Assembly: GCA_041917235.1 (NCBI GenBank)
Contig: JAYRXZ010000006.1
Span: 41,517 to 105,516, forward strand
Reading direction: 5' to 3'
DNA length: 64,000 nt
Source: Lacunisphaera sp.
GTDB lineage: Bacteria; Verrucomicrobiota; Verrucomicrobiia; Opitutales; Opitutaceae
The position numbers and the translations under genes are program-made. Position 1 is the first letter of the stretch; each line of letters opens with the position of its first letter. Of this stretch, positions 37,926 through 48,241 are shown in pieces. The notes under the pieces were generated by a model. It did no database searches, had not been told where the DNA came from, and saw nothing but the letters and a program-made list of their open reading frames with translations.

Positions 37926-40616
37926 ATGGATATCCTCACGTCCGCCTTCCGGCAGCTGCGCGCCCACGCGGCGTTCAGCGCGCTCATCATCGCCCTGCTC
38001 GCCCTCGGCATCGGCGCCAACACCGCCATCTTCGGCGTCGTCCACGCCGTCCTGCTCAAGCCCCTGCCCTACCCCGAGCCCGGCGACCTTGTGCTGGTCC
38101 GCAAGGTCCCGCGCGACCCCGCCGCCCAGATCCCCGGCAACGGCGACATGATGCCGGACAATGAATTCCTCGCGCTCACCGAGGCCGTGCCCAAGTCCTT
38201 CCGCGCCCTGGCGGGCTACCGCAACAATTCCGCCACGCTGTCGCGCGGCGACGGCGCCGTCCGCGTGCCCTCGGCCGCGGTCACCGGCGGGTTCTTTCCG
38301 CTGCTCGGCGTCAGCGCGTGGCGCGGCCGGCTCTTTGACGAGAACGACCTCAAGCCCGGCGCCCCGCCGACCACCGTGCTCAGCCACGCGGCGTGGCAGG
38401 CGCGCTTCAACGGCGAGGATAGCGCACTCGGCCAGGTCGTGAAGCTCGACGACGTGGCGCACACCGTGATCGGCGTGCTGCCGGCCTCGTTCGAGTTCAC
38501 CGACCCGGTGCAGTTCTGGCGGCCGCTGCCCGTCGCCCCGAACGCACCCGGCCAGCTGCGCATCACCATGATCCGCGTCTTCGGCCGGCTGCTGCCCGGC
38601 ACCCCGCTCGACGTCGCCGGACGCGAGCTCGACGGGATCTCCGATCGCTTCTGGAACAACCTGACCGCCGGCTTCAGCGGCCCCGGCCCGCAGCCGGCCA
38701 ATGGGGGCGGGGTGCCCCCACCCCGCGGCGAGCAGCGTGTCATCGCCGGTTCCGCCGGTGCTCAGCCCAACCAGCCCAATGTAGGGCCGGCGCTCGTCGC
38801 CGCGCCTCGCCCGCAATCCGGTCCGCCGACAAGCAGTGACCCTACAGCCCAAGCTAACGCCACCCCCAACCGCCAGGTGGTCGCCGTCCCCTCCGCTGGT
38901 CCCGGCGGCCCGCGCTTCCGCCCGCCCTTCGCCGACGCCGTGAGCTCGCTCGTGCCGCTGCAGGAGCAACTCGTGAAGCAATCGCGCACCACCCTCTGGC
39001 TGCTGCTCGGGGCCGTGGGTTTCGTCCTCCTCATCGCCTGCGCCAACATCGCCAACCTCCAGCTGGCCCGCGCCGCCGGCCGCAAGCGCGACAGCGCCGT
39101 CCGGGCCGCGCTCGGCGCCTCGCCCCTCCGGCTCGCGCTGGAACTGCTCGCCGAAAACCTGCTGCTGGCGCTCGCGGGCGGCTTGCTCGGCGTGCTGCTC
39201 GCCTGGTGGGGCACGCAGGGACTGACGGCGTGGCTCGCGGACTACCTGCCGCGGATCAACCCGGTCGGCCTCGACGCCTCCGTGCTCGGCTTCGCCGTGC
39301 TGCTGGCCGTCGTGGCGGGCCTCGGCTTCGGCCTCGCTCCCGCCTGGTCGGGGAGCCGCGTGGACCTGCTCGAAACCCTCAAGGAAGGCGGCCACCAGAG
39401 TTCCCCCGCCGGCCACCGCTGGCGGCAGGGCCTCGTCGCCCTCGAGGTCGCCCTCGCGCTCGTGCTGGCCGTCAACACCGGCCTCCTGGTGAAGAGCATC
39501 TACCAGCTTTACAGCACCGAGCTCGGCTACCGCACCAGCGACGTGCTCACCGCCAACCTCGCCCTGCCGCGCCGCTATGGCACGCCCGTCCAGCAGCGTG
39601 ACTTCGCCAACCGCTGGCTCGAGGGCCTGGCCGCCCTGCCGGGCGTCAAGGCCGCGTCCCTCACCGACGCGCCGCCGCTTTCGGCCTACTCGCAGGTGGT
39701 CTTCTCGTCCACCACCCAGGGCTCCTCCGCGGCCAATGCCTCCGCCGGCAGCGCCCCGCGCTCGATGGCGGTGGCCGGTGTGACGCCGGACTTCTTCCGC
39801 GCCACCGGCATCGCGCTGCGCCAGGGCCGGTTCTTCACCGCGCAGGACGGCGCCGACGCCCCGGTCGTGGCGATCGTGAACGAGTCCTTTGTGAAGCAAT
39901 ACTATCCGGAGGGCATCACCCTGGGCGCGCAGATCACCGGACCGGTCAACCCCGGCGCGCATGGCGGGAAGCCGTCCACCGCCGCGGTCGTCGGCGTCGT
40001 CGCCGACGTGCGCCCGCGCGGCTTTGAGAGCAGCGCCCAGCCGCTGGCCTATTTCCCCCTCGAGCAGCAGCCGCGCACGCGGCTGTCCGCCGTGCTCCAG
40101 TTCGAGGGCGACGCGGCCGCCCTCGGCCGCGCCGTCACCGCCGCCACGCACAAGCTCGATGCCGAGCTCGCCCTGGACCAGCCGTCCACCCTCGAGCAGC
40201 AGATTTCCCGGCAAACCGCGCCGCGACGGATCACCCTGATGCTCACGGGCGCCTTCGCGCTCACCGCCGTCATCCTTGCCGCGCTCGGCATCTTCGGCGT
40301 CATGAGCTACACCGTGACCCAGCGCACGCAGGAGATCGGCGTGCGCATGGCGCTCGGCGCCGACGCCGGCATGATCCTGCGCTGGATGCTGCGTTACGGC
40401 GGACTGGCCGTGGGCGCGGGGCTCGTGGCCGGGCTCGGCCTGACCTTCGCCACCAGCAAGCTGCTGACCACGCTGCTCACGGGCGTCACTGCGCTCGATC
40501 CGCTGGTGATCGCCGCCGGCATGGCGGGCCTCGCCCTGATCGGCCTGATCGCCTGCCTGCTGCCGGCGCGCCGCGCGACCCGGGTGAACCCCGTGGAGGC
40601 GTTGCGCAGCGAGTAG
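37926..40616 (+). CDS. ABC transporter permease with duplicated FtsX domains (MacB-like)
   Basis: N-terminal TM then large periplasmic MacB_PCD-like region, FtsX 4-TM bundles at both halves (…IACANIANLQLARAAGRKRD… and C-terminal …TQRTQEIGVRMALGA…); 896 aa. Confidence 0.8.
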   Translation: MDILTSAFRQLRAHAAFSALIIALLALGIGANTAIFGVVHAVLLKPLPYPEPGDLVLVRKVPRDPAAQIPGNGDMMPDNEFLALTEAVPKSFRALAGYRNNSATLSRGDGAVRVPSAAVTGGFFPLLGVSAWRGRLFDENDLKPGAPPTTVLSHAAWQARFNGEDSALGQVVKLDDVAHTVIGVLPASFEFTDPVQFWRPLPVAPNAPGQLRITMIRVFGRLLPGTPLDVAGRELDGISDRFWNNLTAGFSGPGPQPANGGGVPPPRGEQRVIAGSAGAQPNQPNVGPALVAAPRPQSGPPTSSDPTAQANATPNRQVVAVPSAGPGGPRFRPPFADAVSSLVPLQEQLVKQSRTTLWLLLGAVGFVLLIACANIANLQLARAAGRKRDSAVRAALGASPLRLALELLAENLLLALAGGLLGVLLAWWGTQGLTAWLADYLPRINPVGLDASVLGFAVLLAVVAGLGFGLAPAWSGSRVDLLETLKEGGHQSSPAGHRWRQGLVALEVALALVLAVNTGLLVKSIYQLYSTELGYRTSDVLTANLALPRRYGTPVQQRDFANRWLEGLAALPGVKAASLTDAPPLSAYSQVVFSSTTQGSSAANASAGSAPRSMAVAGVTPDFFRATGIALRQGRFFTAQDGADAPVVAIVNESFVKQYYPEGITLGAQITGPVNPGAHGGKPSTAAVVGVVADVRPRGFESSAQPLAYFPLEQQPRTRLSAVLQFEGDAAALGRAVTAATHKLDAELALDQPSTLEQQISRQTAPRRITLMLTGAFALTAVILAALGIFGVMSYTVTQRTQEIGVRMALGADAGMILRWMLRYGGLAVGAGLVAGLGLTFATSKLLTTLLTGVTALDPLVIAAGMAGLALIGLIACLLPARRATRVNPVEALRSE

Positions 40617-40673
40617 ACCGCGCGAGGTTTACCGTCAGTGTAACCGCCGCTCGCCTAATCGGCGGCTTCGGGC

Positions 40674-43589
40674 TTGGCTTCCCCCATGCCCCGCCCCCTC
40701 CGCTGGTTGACCGGCCTCCTGCTTGCCGGCCTGTCCCTCAACGCCCAAAGCACGACATCATCCCTCGCCGGCGAATGGCGCTTCGCCCTCGACCGGGCCG
40801 ACGCCGGGGTGACCGAGGCCTGGTTCAACCGCGACCTGCCCGATCGCATCACCCTGCCGGGGGTCCTGCAGGCGCAGGGCTATGGCAATGACATCGCCAC
40901 CGACACGCCCTGGGTCGTCGCGCTGGGTGATGCGTGGTGGAAGCTCCAGCCTGCCGAACTGCGCGATAAGTTCTCCCAGCCCGGCCGCGTCGAGGTGCCA
41001 TTCCTCGCACAACCGCCCAAGCACTACCTCGGCGCCGCGTGGTATCAGCGCGACATCGAGATCCCCGCCGGCTGGGCCGGCCGCCGGCTCGCGCTCTTTC
41101 TCGAACGGCCGCGCTGGGAGACCACCGTCTGGCTCGACGGCAACAGGATCGGCTCGAACAACAGCCTGGTTGCACCCCACGAGTTCGAACTGGGCCGGCC
41201 CGCGCCGGGAAGGCACCGGCTGACCATCCGCATCGACAACCGCCAGATCGTCCGCGATCCGCGGAACGACGGCCACGGCGTGGACAGCCACGCCATCTCC
41301 GACGCCCTCGGCAGCACGTGGAACGGCATTGCCGGGCGGATCGAGTTGCAGGCCACGACGCCGGTCTGGATCCACGACGCACAGGTGTTTCCCAACGTCG
41401 AAAGGAAATCCGCCCGGATCAAGGTGACCCTCGGCAACGCCTCGGGCGCGGCCGGCTCGGGCACGATCAACGCCGGTGGCCATTCAACCGCGATCAAGTG
41501 GGATGAATATGGCGGCTGGGCCGAGCTCGAGGTGCCGCTCGGCGCGGACGCGCGCCCCTGGGATGAATTCGCCCCGACCTTGCAGCAGTTGACCGTGACC
41601 CTCAAAGGCCCCGACGCAGACGACACGCGCACCGTCACCTTCGGCCTCCGCCAGATCACCCGGAACGGCAAGGACCTCGTCCTCAACGGTCGCGTCGTCA
41701 ACCTGCGCACCACACACTTCGGCGGCGACTTCCCGCTCACGGGTTATCCCGCGATGGACGTCGAGTCGTGGCGCAAGATCATCCGCGCCTGCCAGGCGCA
41801 CGGACTCAACGGCATGCGTTTCCACTCGTGGTGCCCGCCCGGGGCCGCGTTCACCGCGGCCGACGAGCTCGGCTTCTACCTCCAACCCGAGCTCGGCCTG
41901 TGGGTGCCGTTCAACCCGGGCAGCACCTACACGAAATACATGGAGGAGGAGACACCGCGCCTCCTGCGCGCCTACGGCAACCACGCGTCGTTCGTCCTGT
42001 TCTCGCCGGGCAACGAGCCCGCCGGCAACTATGAACAGGTCACGCCCGCCTGGGCGAAGGCCTGGTTTGAGCAGGACCCGCGCCGGCTCTACTCCGCCGG
42101 CACCGGCTGGTTCCGCCGCGGCCAGGTCGAGGGCGGCGCCCAGTTCGCCGTGCTCGTCCGCTACGGCAAGGATCCGCGCAACATGGCCGACCTGCGGGGC
42201 ACCGACGGCTGGTTCGGCGGCGACTACCGCGCCGCGCTCGGGAATGTCGGCATCCCCGTCCTCGCCCACGAGAACGGCCAGTGGTGCTCCTACCCCGACT
42301 TTGACGTGATCAAGAAATTCACCGGCTACCTGCGGCCGTCGAACTACAATATCTTCCGCCACATCGCGGAACAGACCGGCGTGCTCGAATACAACCGGGC
42401 CTTCGCCCGCGCCTCGGGCCGCTTCCAGCTGATGTGCTACAAGGAGGAGATCGAGGCCAACCTGCGCACCCCCGGCCTGGCCGGCTTCCAGCTGCTCGAC
42501 CTGCACGACTACCTCGGCCAGGGCACCGCGCTCATCGGCCTGCTCGATGCCTTCTGGGAATCCAAGGGCTATGTCACGCCGCAGGAGTTCCGCCGCTTCA
42601 GCGGTCCCACCGTCCCGCTCGCCCGCCTCGCGCAGCGCACCTTCACCACCGCGGAGACGCTCATCGCCGACGTAGAGCTCTACCACTTTGGCGCCAAACC
42701 CCTCACGCAGGCCGCGGCGTATTGGGAAGTCGTCGACGCGTCCGGCCTCACCGTGGCCGGCGGCGATTTTGCGCCGCGGGACGTCCCGATCGGCAAGAAC
42801 CTCCCGCTCGGCCGGATCGCGCTCGCGCTGGACCGGCTGCCCGCCCCCGCCGCCTACAAACTCATCGTCAGCTTCAAGGACGACACCGATGCCGGCAACG
42901 ACTGGAACTTCTGGCTCTACCCCGCCGTCATCGACCCCGCCCCGCCCGCCGCGGTGCTGGTCACGGACAAGTGGGCCGAGGCCGAGGCGCGCCTCGCCGC
43001 CGGCGGCCGCGTCGTCTTCACGCCGACCGCGGCCGACCTCGATCCCGCGCGCAGCCCGCCGATGAAGCGCGTGCCGGTTTTCTGGAACATCCAGATGACC
43101 GTGCGTCCGCCGCGGAACAACACGCCGCGCTTCGACGCCATGCTCGGCCTGCTCGCCGACCCGGCGCACGCCGCTCTCGCGCAATTCCCCACCACCGAGG
43201 CGTGCGACTGGCAGTGGACTCCGCTCATCGACAATGTCCGCTCGGTCAACCTCACCGGCGCCCCGCGCGAGCTGAAGCCCATCGTCGCGGCCATCGACGA
43301 CTGGAACCGCAACTGGCGGCTCGGCGTGATCTTCGAGTGCGCGGTCGGCCCCGGCCGCCTGCTCGTCTCCGCCATCCCGCTCGATGGCCAGACGCCCGGC
43401 GCCCGGCAGCTGCGCCGGTCGCTGCTCGACTATGCCGCGAGTGACAAATTCAAGCCCGCCGCCCAACTCACGACCGGGCAAGTCAGGGCCCTCTGGACCC
43501 GCGGCCAGGCCGCGACCGGCCAGCCCGCCGAACGTGCGTTCGACCCCGACCTCGACGACGGCACGAAGCGGCCGGTGCCGAAGGCATAA
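40674..43589 (+). CDS. Secreted glycoside hydrolase family 2-like protein
   Basis: Signal peptide MPRPLRWLTGLLLAGLSLNAQS; GH2 sugar-binding/jelly-roll N-terminus (WRFALD...PGVLQAQGYG...YLGAAWYQRDIEIP); 971 aa. Confidence 0.75.
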   Translation: MASPMPRPLRWLTGLLLAGLSLNAQSTTSSLAGEWRFALDRADAGVTEAWFNRDLPDRITLPGVLQAQGYGNDIATDTPWVVALGDAWWKLQPAELRDKFSQPGRVEVPFLAQPPKHYLGAAWYQRDIEIPAGWAGRRLALFLERPRWETTVWLDGNRIGSNNSLVAPHEFELGRPAPGRHRLTIRIDNRQIVRDPRNDGHGVDSHAISDALGSTWNGIAGRIELQATTPVWIHDAQVFPNVERKSARIKVTLGNASGAAGSGTINAGGHSTAIKWDEYGGWAELEVPLGADARPWDEFAPTLQQLTVTLKGPDADDTRTVTFGLRQITRNGKDLVLNGRVVNLRTTHFGGDFPLTGYPAMDVESWRKIIRACQAHGLNGMRFHSWCPPGAAFTAADELGFYLQPELGLWVPFNPGSTYTKYMEEETPRLLRAYGNHASFVLFSPGNEPAGNYEQVTPAWAKAWFEQDPRRLYSAGTGWFRRGQVEGGAQFAVLVRYGKDPRNMADLRGTDGWFGGDYRAALGNVGIPVLAHENGQWCSYPDFDVIKKFTGYLRPSNYNIFRHIAEQTGVLEYNRAFARASGRFQLMCYKEEIEANLRTPGLAGFQLLDLHDYLGQGTALIGLLDAFWESKGYVTPQEFRRFSGPTVPLARLAQRTFTTAETLIADVELYHFGAKPLTQAAAYWEVVDASGLTVAGGDFAPRDVPIGKNLPLGRIALALDRLPAPAAYKLIVSFKDDTDAGNDWNFWLYPAVIDPAPPAAVLVTDKWAEAEARLAAGGRVVFTPTAADLDPARSPPMKRVPVFWNIQMTVRPPRNNTPRFDAMLGLLADPAHAALAQFPTTEACDWQWTPLIDNVRSVNLTGAPRELKPIVAAIDDWNRNWRLGVIFECAVGPGRLLVSAIPLDGQTPGARQLRRSLLDYAASDKFKPAAQLTTGQVRALWTRGQAATGQPAERAFDPDLDDGTKRPVPKA

Positions 43590-43647
43590 GGCAGGGCGTG
43601 GACTCCGCCCCGCGCCCCGGCGGCGAAGCGATATACCGCCCCACCTG

Positions 43648-44046
43648 TCACTTCTTATCCACGCTGAACTTCCCCGCCCCGGCGGCAAACAGCACGAGGT
43701 AGCCGCCGAAATACAGCCAGGCCAGTTCACCCTTGGCAAAGGCGGCGCCGTTCACGACGAAGAACGCCACGCCCATCGTGAACGCCAGGATCAGCGCCGC
43801 CCAGCGCGTCCACAGCCCGAGCACGAGCAGCACCGAGCACCCCACCTCGGCGAGGATGGTGAGCAGGAAACTCGGCACCTCGCCGATGCCGAGCGGGTCG
43901 AGGAAAGATGTCTTGCCCGAGAACAACGCGGCCAGCTTGCCCCAGCCGTGGAGCCACACCATCGAGACACCGAGCCAGAGCCGGAGCACCAGCAGACCCG
44001 CGTCCGGGCTGCTCGCGATGAATTCAAGGCGGAGAAACTTTTGCAT
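43648..44046 (-). CDS. DoxX-family membrane protein
   Basis: Start at internal Met MQKFLRL; 4 TM helices with DoxX pattern (LLVLRLWLGVSMVWLHGWGKL). Confidence 0.7.
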   Translation of the reverse strand: MQKFLRLEFIASSPDAGLLVLRLWLGVSMVWLHGWGKLAALFSGKTSFLDPLGIGEVPSFLLTILAEVGCSVLLVLGLWTRWAALILAFTMGVAFFVVNGAAFAKGELAWLYFGGYLVLFAAGAGKFSVDKK

Positions 44047-44212
44047 GGGGTTGCCGGCAGTGTGCACGACTTTTCCGGCCCTGCAATCCTCTCATTGGAG
44101 GCGGGGCCATCAGCCCCGTCAGGCATGGGCCCGCCAACAACGGCTCGGCTGTTTTTTGTTGCATACGCAACTATCTGCTTGTTTCCGCCCGCCCGCCGGC
44201 TAATGTGTCCTC

Positions 44213-44704
44213 ATGCCAGCCACCAATCCACCCATCGCCGCCGGGACCCGCATCGGCCACGTCCACCTGAAAGTCGCCGACCTGACGCGCGCACTCGGCT
44301 TCTACGTCGGTGTGCTCGGCTTCCAGCTCATGCAAAAATATGGTGCGCAGGCGGCGTTCATCTCCGCCGGCGGTTACCACCACCACATCGGGCTCAACAC
44401 CTGGGAAAGCCTCGGCGGGACGCCGCCGCCCCCGGGTCACACCGGGCTTTTCCACACGGCCATCCTCTACCCCACCCGCGCCGCGCTGGCTGACGCCCTG
44501 CGCCGGCTCATCGCCGCGCAGATCCCGCTCGACGGCGCCTCCGACCACGGCGTGAGCGAGGCGCTCTACCTGCGCGACCCCGACGGCAACGGCGTCGAAC
44601 TCTACTGGGATCGCCCCCAGTCCGAGTGGCCGCGCGACGCGAAGGGCGGGCTCGCGATGATGACCGCGCGACTGGACTTGGAAAATCTCCTGTCCGAGCG
44701 TTGA
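44213..44704 (+). CDS. VOC-family (glyoxalase/bleomycin-resistance/extradiol dioxygenase fold) protein
   Basis: IGHVHLKVADLTRALGFYVGVLGF N-terminal βαβββ module, second module with HHIGLN; 163 aa. Confidence 0.75.
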   Translation: MPATNPPIAAGTRIGHVHLKVADLTRALGFYVGVLGFQLMQKYGAQAAFISAGGYHHHIGLNTWESLGGTPPPPGHTGLFHTAILYPTRAALADALRRLIAAQIPLDGASDHGVSEALYLRDPDGNGVELYWDRPQSEWPRDAKGGLAMMTARLDLENLLSER

Positions 44705-44806
44705 TCGGAGCCTCGTTCCCGTTTTCAAGACCGGACGAAAACGAAACCGATAGAAAAGCGGGAACAAGGATAAGCCGCACTCCGGGCTCGCCAGCCGGGC
44801 GGCCGC

Positions 44807-45757
44807 GTGGCTGGCTCGGCGGCCATGTCGCGCGTGCTGACCCTGCTCACGAACGCTTTTCCGGTGTGGGTGCTGACCGGCGGCATCATCGCGCTTTTCC
44901 AGCCCGAGTGGTTCACGTGGTTCAGCGGCCCGTGGATCGTGTGGGGGCTCGCCGTCATCATGCTCGGCATGGGGCTGACGCTGACCTTTGACGATTTCCG
45001 CGCCGTCGGCCGGATGCCGCGGGCCGTGGCCCTGGGCTTCGTGGCGCAGTTCACCATCATGCCCCTGCTCGGCTGGCTCATGGGCCGGCTCTTCCAACTG
45101 CCCACCCCTTTCGCCGTCGGGCTGATCCTGGTGGCCTGCTGTCCGGGTGGCACGGCTTCCAATGTCGTGACCTATCTCGCCAAGGCCAACGTCTGCCTCT
45201 CGGTCGTGATGACGATGTGCTCCACCTTCGCGGCCGTGATCATGACGCCGCTGCTGACCTCCTGGCTGGCGGGCACGCTGGTGCGGGTGGACGCGTGGGG
45301 CCTGTTCTGGAGCACCTGCCAGGTCGTGATCCTGCCGGTCGTGCTCGGTCTGTGGATCAACCGCCTGGCCCCGCGGCTCGTGCAACGGGCCCAGCTGATC
45401 CTGCCGCTGGTCTCGGTCGTCGTCATCGCCCTCATCTGCGCCAGCATCATCGGCGGCAGCGCCGCCGCCGTGCGCGCCGCCGGCCTGCCGTTGCTCGGCG
45501 CGGTGTTCTGCCTGCATGCCGGCGGCTTCGCCCTCGGTTATATCGCCACCCGGCTGCTGCGTTTCGAGGAGACCGCCGCCCGCACCGTCTCGATCGAGGT
45601 CGGCATGCAGAATTCCGGCCTCGGCGTCGTGCTGGCGCGCAAACATTTCGCGGACCCGCTGACGGCGGTGCCCTGCGCCATCTCCAGCGTGTTCCACTCC
45701 GTGATCGGCAGCGTGCTCGCCGGGTGGTGGCGCTGGCGCAGCCGGCCGGCGCGTTAA
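44807..45757 (+). CDS. Bile acid:sodium symporter (BASS) family transporter
   Basis: ~10 TM helices; conserved CCPGGTASNV and GMQNSGLG motifs. Confidence 0.8.
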   Translation: MAGSAAMSRVLTLLTNAFPVWVLTGGIIALFQPEWFTWFSGPWIVWGLAVIMLGMGLTLTFDDFRAVGRMPRAVALGFVAQFTIMPLLGWLMGRLFQLPTPFAVGLILVACCPGGTASNVVTYLAKANVCLSVVMTMCSTFAAVIMTPLLTSWLAGTLVRVDAWGLFWSTCQVVILPVVLGLWINRLAPRLVQRAQLILPLVSVVVIALICASIIGGSAAAVRAAGLPLLGAVFCLHAGGFALGYIATRLLRFEETAARTVSIEVGMQNSGLGVVLARKHFADPLTAVPCAISSVFHSVIGSVLAGWWRWRSRPAR

Positions 45758-46191
45758 TTCAGGCCCAGTTCCGCCAGCGCGGGCGCCCAGTGCATCTCGC
45801 CGCCGCCGAAGCGCCCGACCAGTCCGTCGGCCGCGGCCTGCAGGCGTTCGTGGCGCCGGGCGAAAGCCTCGTCCGTCTCGTCCGGGCTCTCGATCAGCAG
45901 GAAGCTGACGAGCGTGCGGCGGGGGGACAGCGCCACGACCCGGATGGGCGTGAGCCGGAATCGCTCGGGTGAGGCACCGGCGCGGAAATCAATCACGCCG
46001 GTGCCGGCGCTCGTCTCCATGTCGACCACCTGCTCGCCCTCGGACGTCAGCGCCCACCAGCGGCCGCGCTGCAACATGAGGCGCTCGCACCAGTTCGCCG
46101 TCCATTTGGGCAGGTTCTCAATGTCGGCCAGGAAATTGAAAACAATGTCGCGCGGGGCGGCCACGCTGACGGTGATGGGCTGGATGTTCAT
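45754..46191 (-). CDS. SRPBCC (polyketide cyclase/START-like) family protein
   Basis: 145 aa; NIQPITVSVAAPRDIVFNFLADIENLPKW typical Bet v1-like N-terminus. Confidence 0.6.
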   Translation of the reverse strand: MNIQPITVSVAAPRDIVFNFLADIENLPKWTANWCERLMLQRGRWWALTSEGEQVVDMETSAGTGVIDFRAGASPERFRLTPIRVVALSPRRTLVSFLLIESPDETDEAFARRHERLQAAADGLVGRFGGGEMHWAPALAELGLN

Positions 46192-46234
46192 GGGGTTTTG
46201 GTATCGGGTCTGCGGGTGAAAAGGCAGCGGACAT

Positions 46235-46606
46235 TCAGCTTTTTTTGTGGTGGATGATGAGCGAGTTGCCGTCGGGATCCGCGATGATGGCCATCGCGCA
46301 GAAGCCGGTGTCCATCGGCCCGAGGTTGAACTTCACCCCGGCGGCCTGCAGGTCGGCCACGGCCGCCGCGAAGTCCGCCACTTCCAGCGCCAGCGAGGGC
46401 CCGTCCGGCGAAGGCTTCCACTGACCGGACGACATGTTCGATATCCCCAGCGTGCCGCCGCCGATCTCGTATTCGATCCACTGTTTGCCCTCGTGGTCGA
46501 AGATCGTGGCGGTCCTGAGCCCCAACAAGCCCTCATAGAAGGCGCGGGCGCGCGGCATGTCGGTGACGGGATAACCCGTGTAGGCGATGGCCGTGATGTT
46601 GATCAT
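46235..46606 (-). CDS. VOC/glyoxalase-family protein (124 aa)
   Basis: Track ORF 46235..46945(-); credible start at internal Met MINITAIAYTGYPVTDMPRARAFYEGLLGL; upstream extension is low-complexity Arg/Ser/Cys-rich, GC-frame artifact. Confidence 0.7.
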   Translation of the reverse strand: MINITAIAYTGYPVTDMPRARAFYEGLLGLRTATIFDHEGKQWIEYEIGGGTLGISNMSSGQWKPSPDGPSLALEVADFAAAVADLQAAGVKFNLGPMDTGFCAMAIIADPDGNSLIIHHKKS

Positions 46607-46613
46607 GGGAAAA

Positions 46614-47108
46614 TCATTTCGCGGGTTCGGCCGGCAACGGCAACGATGCCTGGCCGAAGACATATTTCCAGCCGGCCGGCGTGCGCACGTAGGTGTCGCT
46701 GAACCACACCTTGTAATCGAAGGCCTGGCCGCCGCCGGTCGTGCCCTTGCACCACAGCAGCGCCGTGACGACGGCGGTGTCGCCCCAGACGCGCACCTGC
46801 TGCGTGCCCGGCACCTCGTCCTGCTGCTCGTAGAGGCGCTCCTTCTTTTGCGCGGACACGATATGATCCTGTTTCGTGAAGACCCGGCCCCGGCCGGTGA
46901 CGAGCACCATGTCGTCAGCCAGGTGGCGCGCGATGGTGGCGGCATCGTTGTGCTTCACGGCGGCCTGGAACTCGGTGTCGAGCGCCGCGATGATCCGGGC
47001 GTCATCGACGGCCACGGCATCGGCGGTGGCCGGAGCGAGGGTGAAGGCCAGGCCGGCGGTGAGGAGGCCCAGCACGGGGCCGGAGCGGAAAGCGGGGTGG
47101 TTGAGCAT
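46614..47108 (-). CDS. Secreted SnoaL-like/NTF2-like (DUF4440-type) protein
   Basis: Signal peptide MLNHPAFRSGPVLGLLTAGLAFTLAPATADA; NTF2-like core pattern. Confidence 0.6.
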   Translation of the reverse strand: MLNHPAFRSGPVLGLLTAGLAFTLAPATADAVAVDDARIIAALDTEFQAAVKHNDAATIARHLADDMVLVTGRGRVFTKQDHIVSAQKKERLYEQQDEVPGTQQVRVWGDTAVVTALLWCKGTTGGGQAFDYKVWFSDTYVRTPAGWKYVFGQASLPLPAEPAK

Positions 47109-47163
47109 GCCCCATCCTACCAGAAGCTCCTGACAACCCTATGTCAGGAGCGGCCAGGCCCGC

Positions 47164-48120
47164 CTATTTCGCGTGCAGGCGCGCGATTTTCTCGGCCTCG
47201 GCGCGCACCAAGGCTCGCAATTTTGCCGGCGCCAGCGCCTCGGCGCGGTCGCCAAATGACAACAGCCACCGCGCCATCCATTCGAGCGACCAGGCGTAGA
47301 GCGCGAATTCCGCGCCGCCGTCGCGCGTCTTTTCCTCGATGAGCGTGGCGTAACTCTCGCGCTGCGCGCGTTCCTGCGCCGTGCGATGGAACCACACGCG
47401 CACCGGCAGGGTTTTCTCCCGGGCGGAGGATTCCTCCATGTGCTGCTTGAACGAGAATCCCTCGCGCACCTCAAATTTCTCCGGGATGAGCTCCAGTCGG
47501 CGGATGCGGTCGATTCGGAAATGCCGGTAATCCGCCCGCAGCCGGCACCACGCGACCAGCGTCCACGCGCCGCCGTAGAAAACCACACCCAGCGGTTCCA
47601 CGTCGCGCGCCGTCTCCTCCGCGCGCTCCTGCCCCTGATAGCTCAGGCGCAGCACGCGCCGCAGCACCACGCCCTGCTGCACCGGCAGCAGCCAGCGCTG
47701 ATCCGCCGCCGGCGGCGAGCCCCGCCGCGACGACTGGCCATAGACCACCGTGCGCGCCACCAGCCGCTCGACGTGATCCTGCCGGTCGCGCGGCAGCACG
47801 GCGCGGAGCTTGTCGAGCGCCGACATCATCGGCGCCTGCAACGAGGCGTCGGTGAACTGTTTCACCAGTTCGCCGCCGACGAACAGGGACACCGCCTCCT
47901 CGGCCGTGAACATCACCGGCGGGAGCTGGTAGCCTTTCAACAGGCTGTAACCGACGCCCGCCTCGCCGGAAATGGGCACGCCCGCCTCGCCGAGCGCGGC
48001 GATGTCGCGGTAGACCGTCCGCTCCGTGATGTCGAAACGCTCCGCCAGTTCGGACGCGCGCACGACGCGCCGCCCCTGCAGGTGCAACACCATCGCGACA
48101 AGCCGGTCCGTGCGGTTCAT
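47164..48120 (-). CDS. YafY-family transcriptional regulator (HTH + WYL domain)
   Basis: N-terminal HTH (RTDRLVAMVLHLQGRRVVRASELAERFDITERTVYRDIAAL) and central WYL-type segment; 318 aa. Confidence 0.8.
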   Translation of the reverse strand: MNRTDRLVAMVLHLQGRRVVRASELAERFDITERTVYRDIAALGEAGVPISGEAGVGYSLLKGYQLPPVMFTAEEAVSLFVGGELVKQFTDASLQAPMMSALDKLRAVLPRDRQDHVERLVARTVVYGQSSRRGSPPAADQRWLLPVQQGVVLRRVLRLSYQGQERAEETARDVEPLGVVFYGGAWTLVAWCRLRADYRHFRIDRIRRLELIPEKFEVREGFSFKQHMEESSAREKTLPVRVWFHRTAQERAQRESYATLIEEKTRDGGAEFALYAWSLEWMARWLLSFGDRAEALAPAKLRALVRAEAEKIARLHAK

Positions 48121-48241
48121 TGCCGGCCGAAGATGCCGTCTCCGCCCGGCCTGCCAATCTGTTTTTACGCGCGGCCGCCCCGCACTTCCGGCCGTTCCCG
48201 GCCTCCCCCGCCCGGTCGCGCCCGCCGGTCGGCCGGCGTCC

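Noticed and set aside
41484-43739. 751-aa minus-strand ORF
   Set aside because: Antisense to the GH2-like gene; no features.
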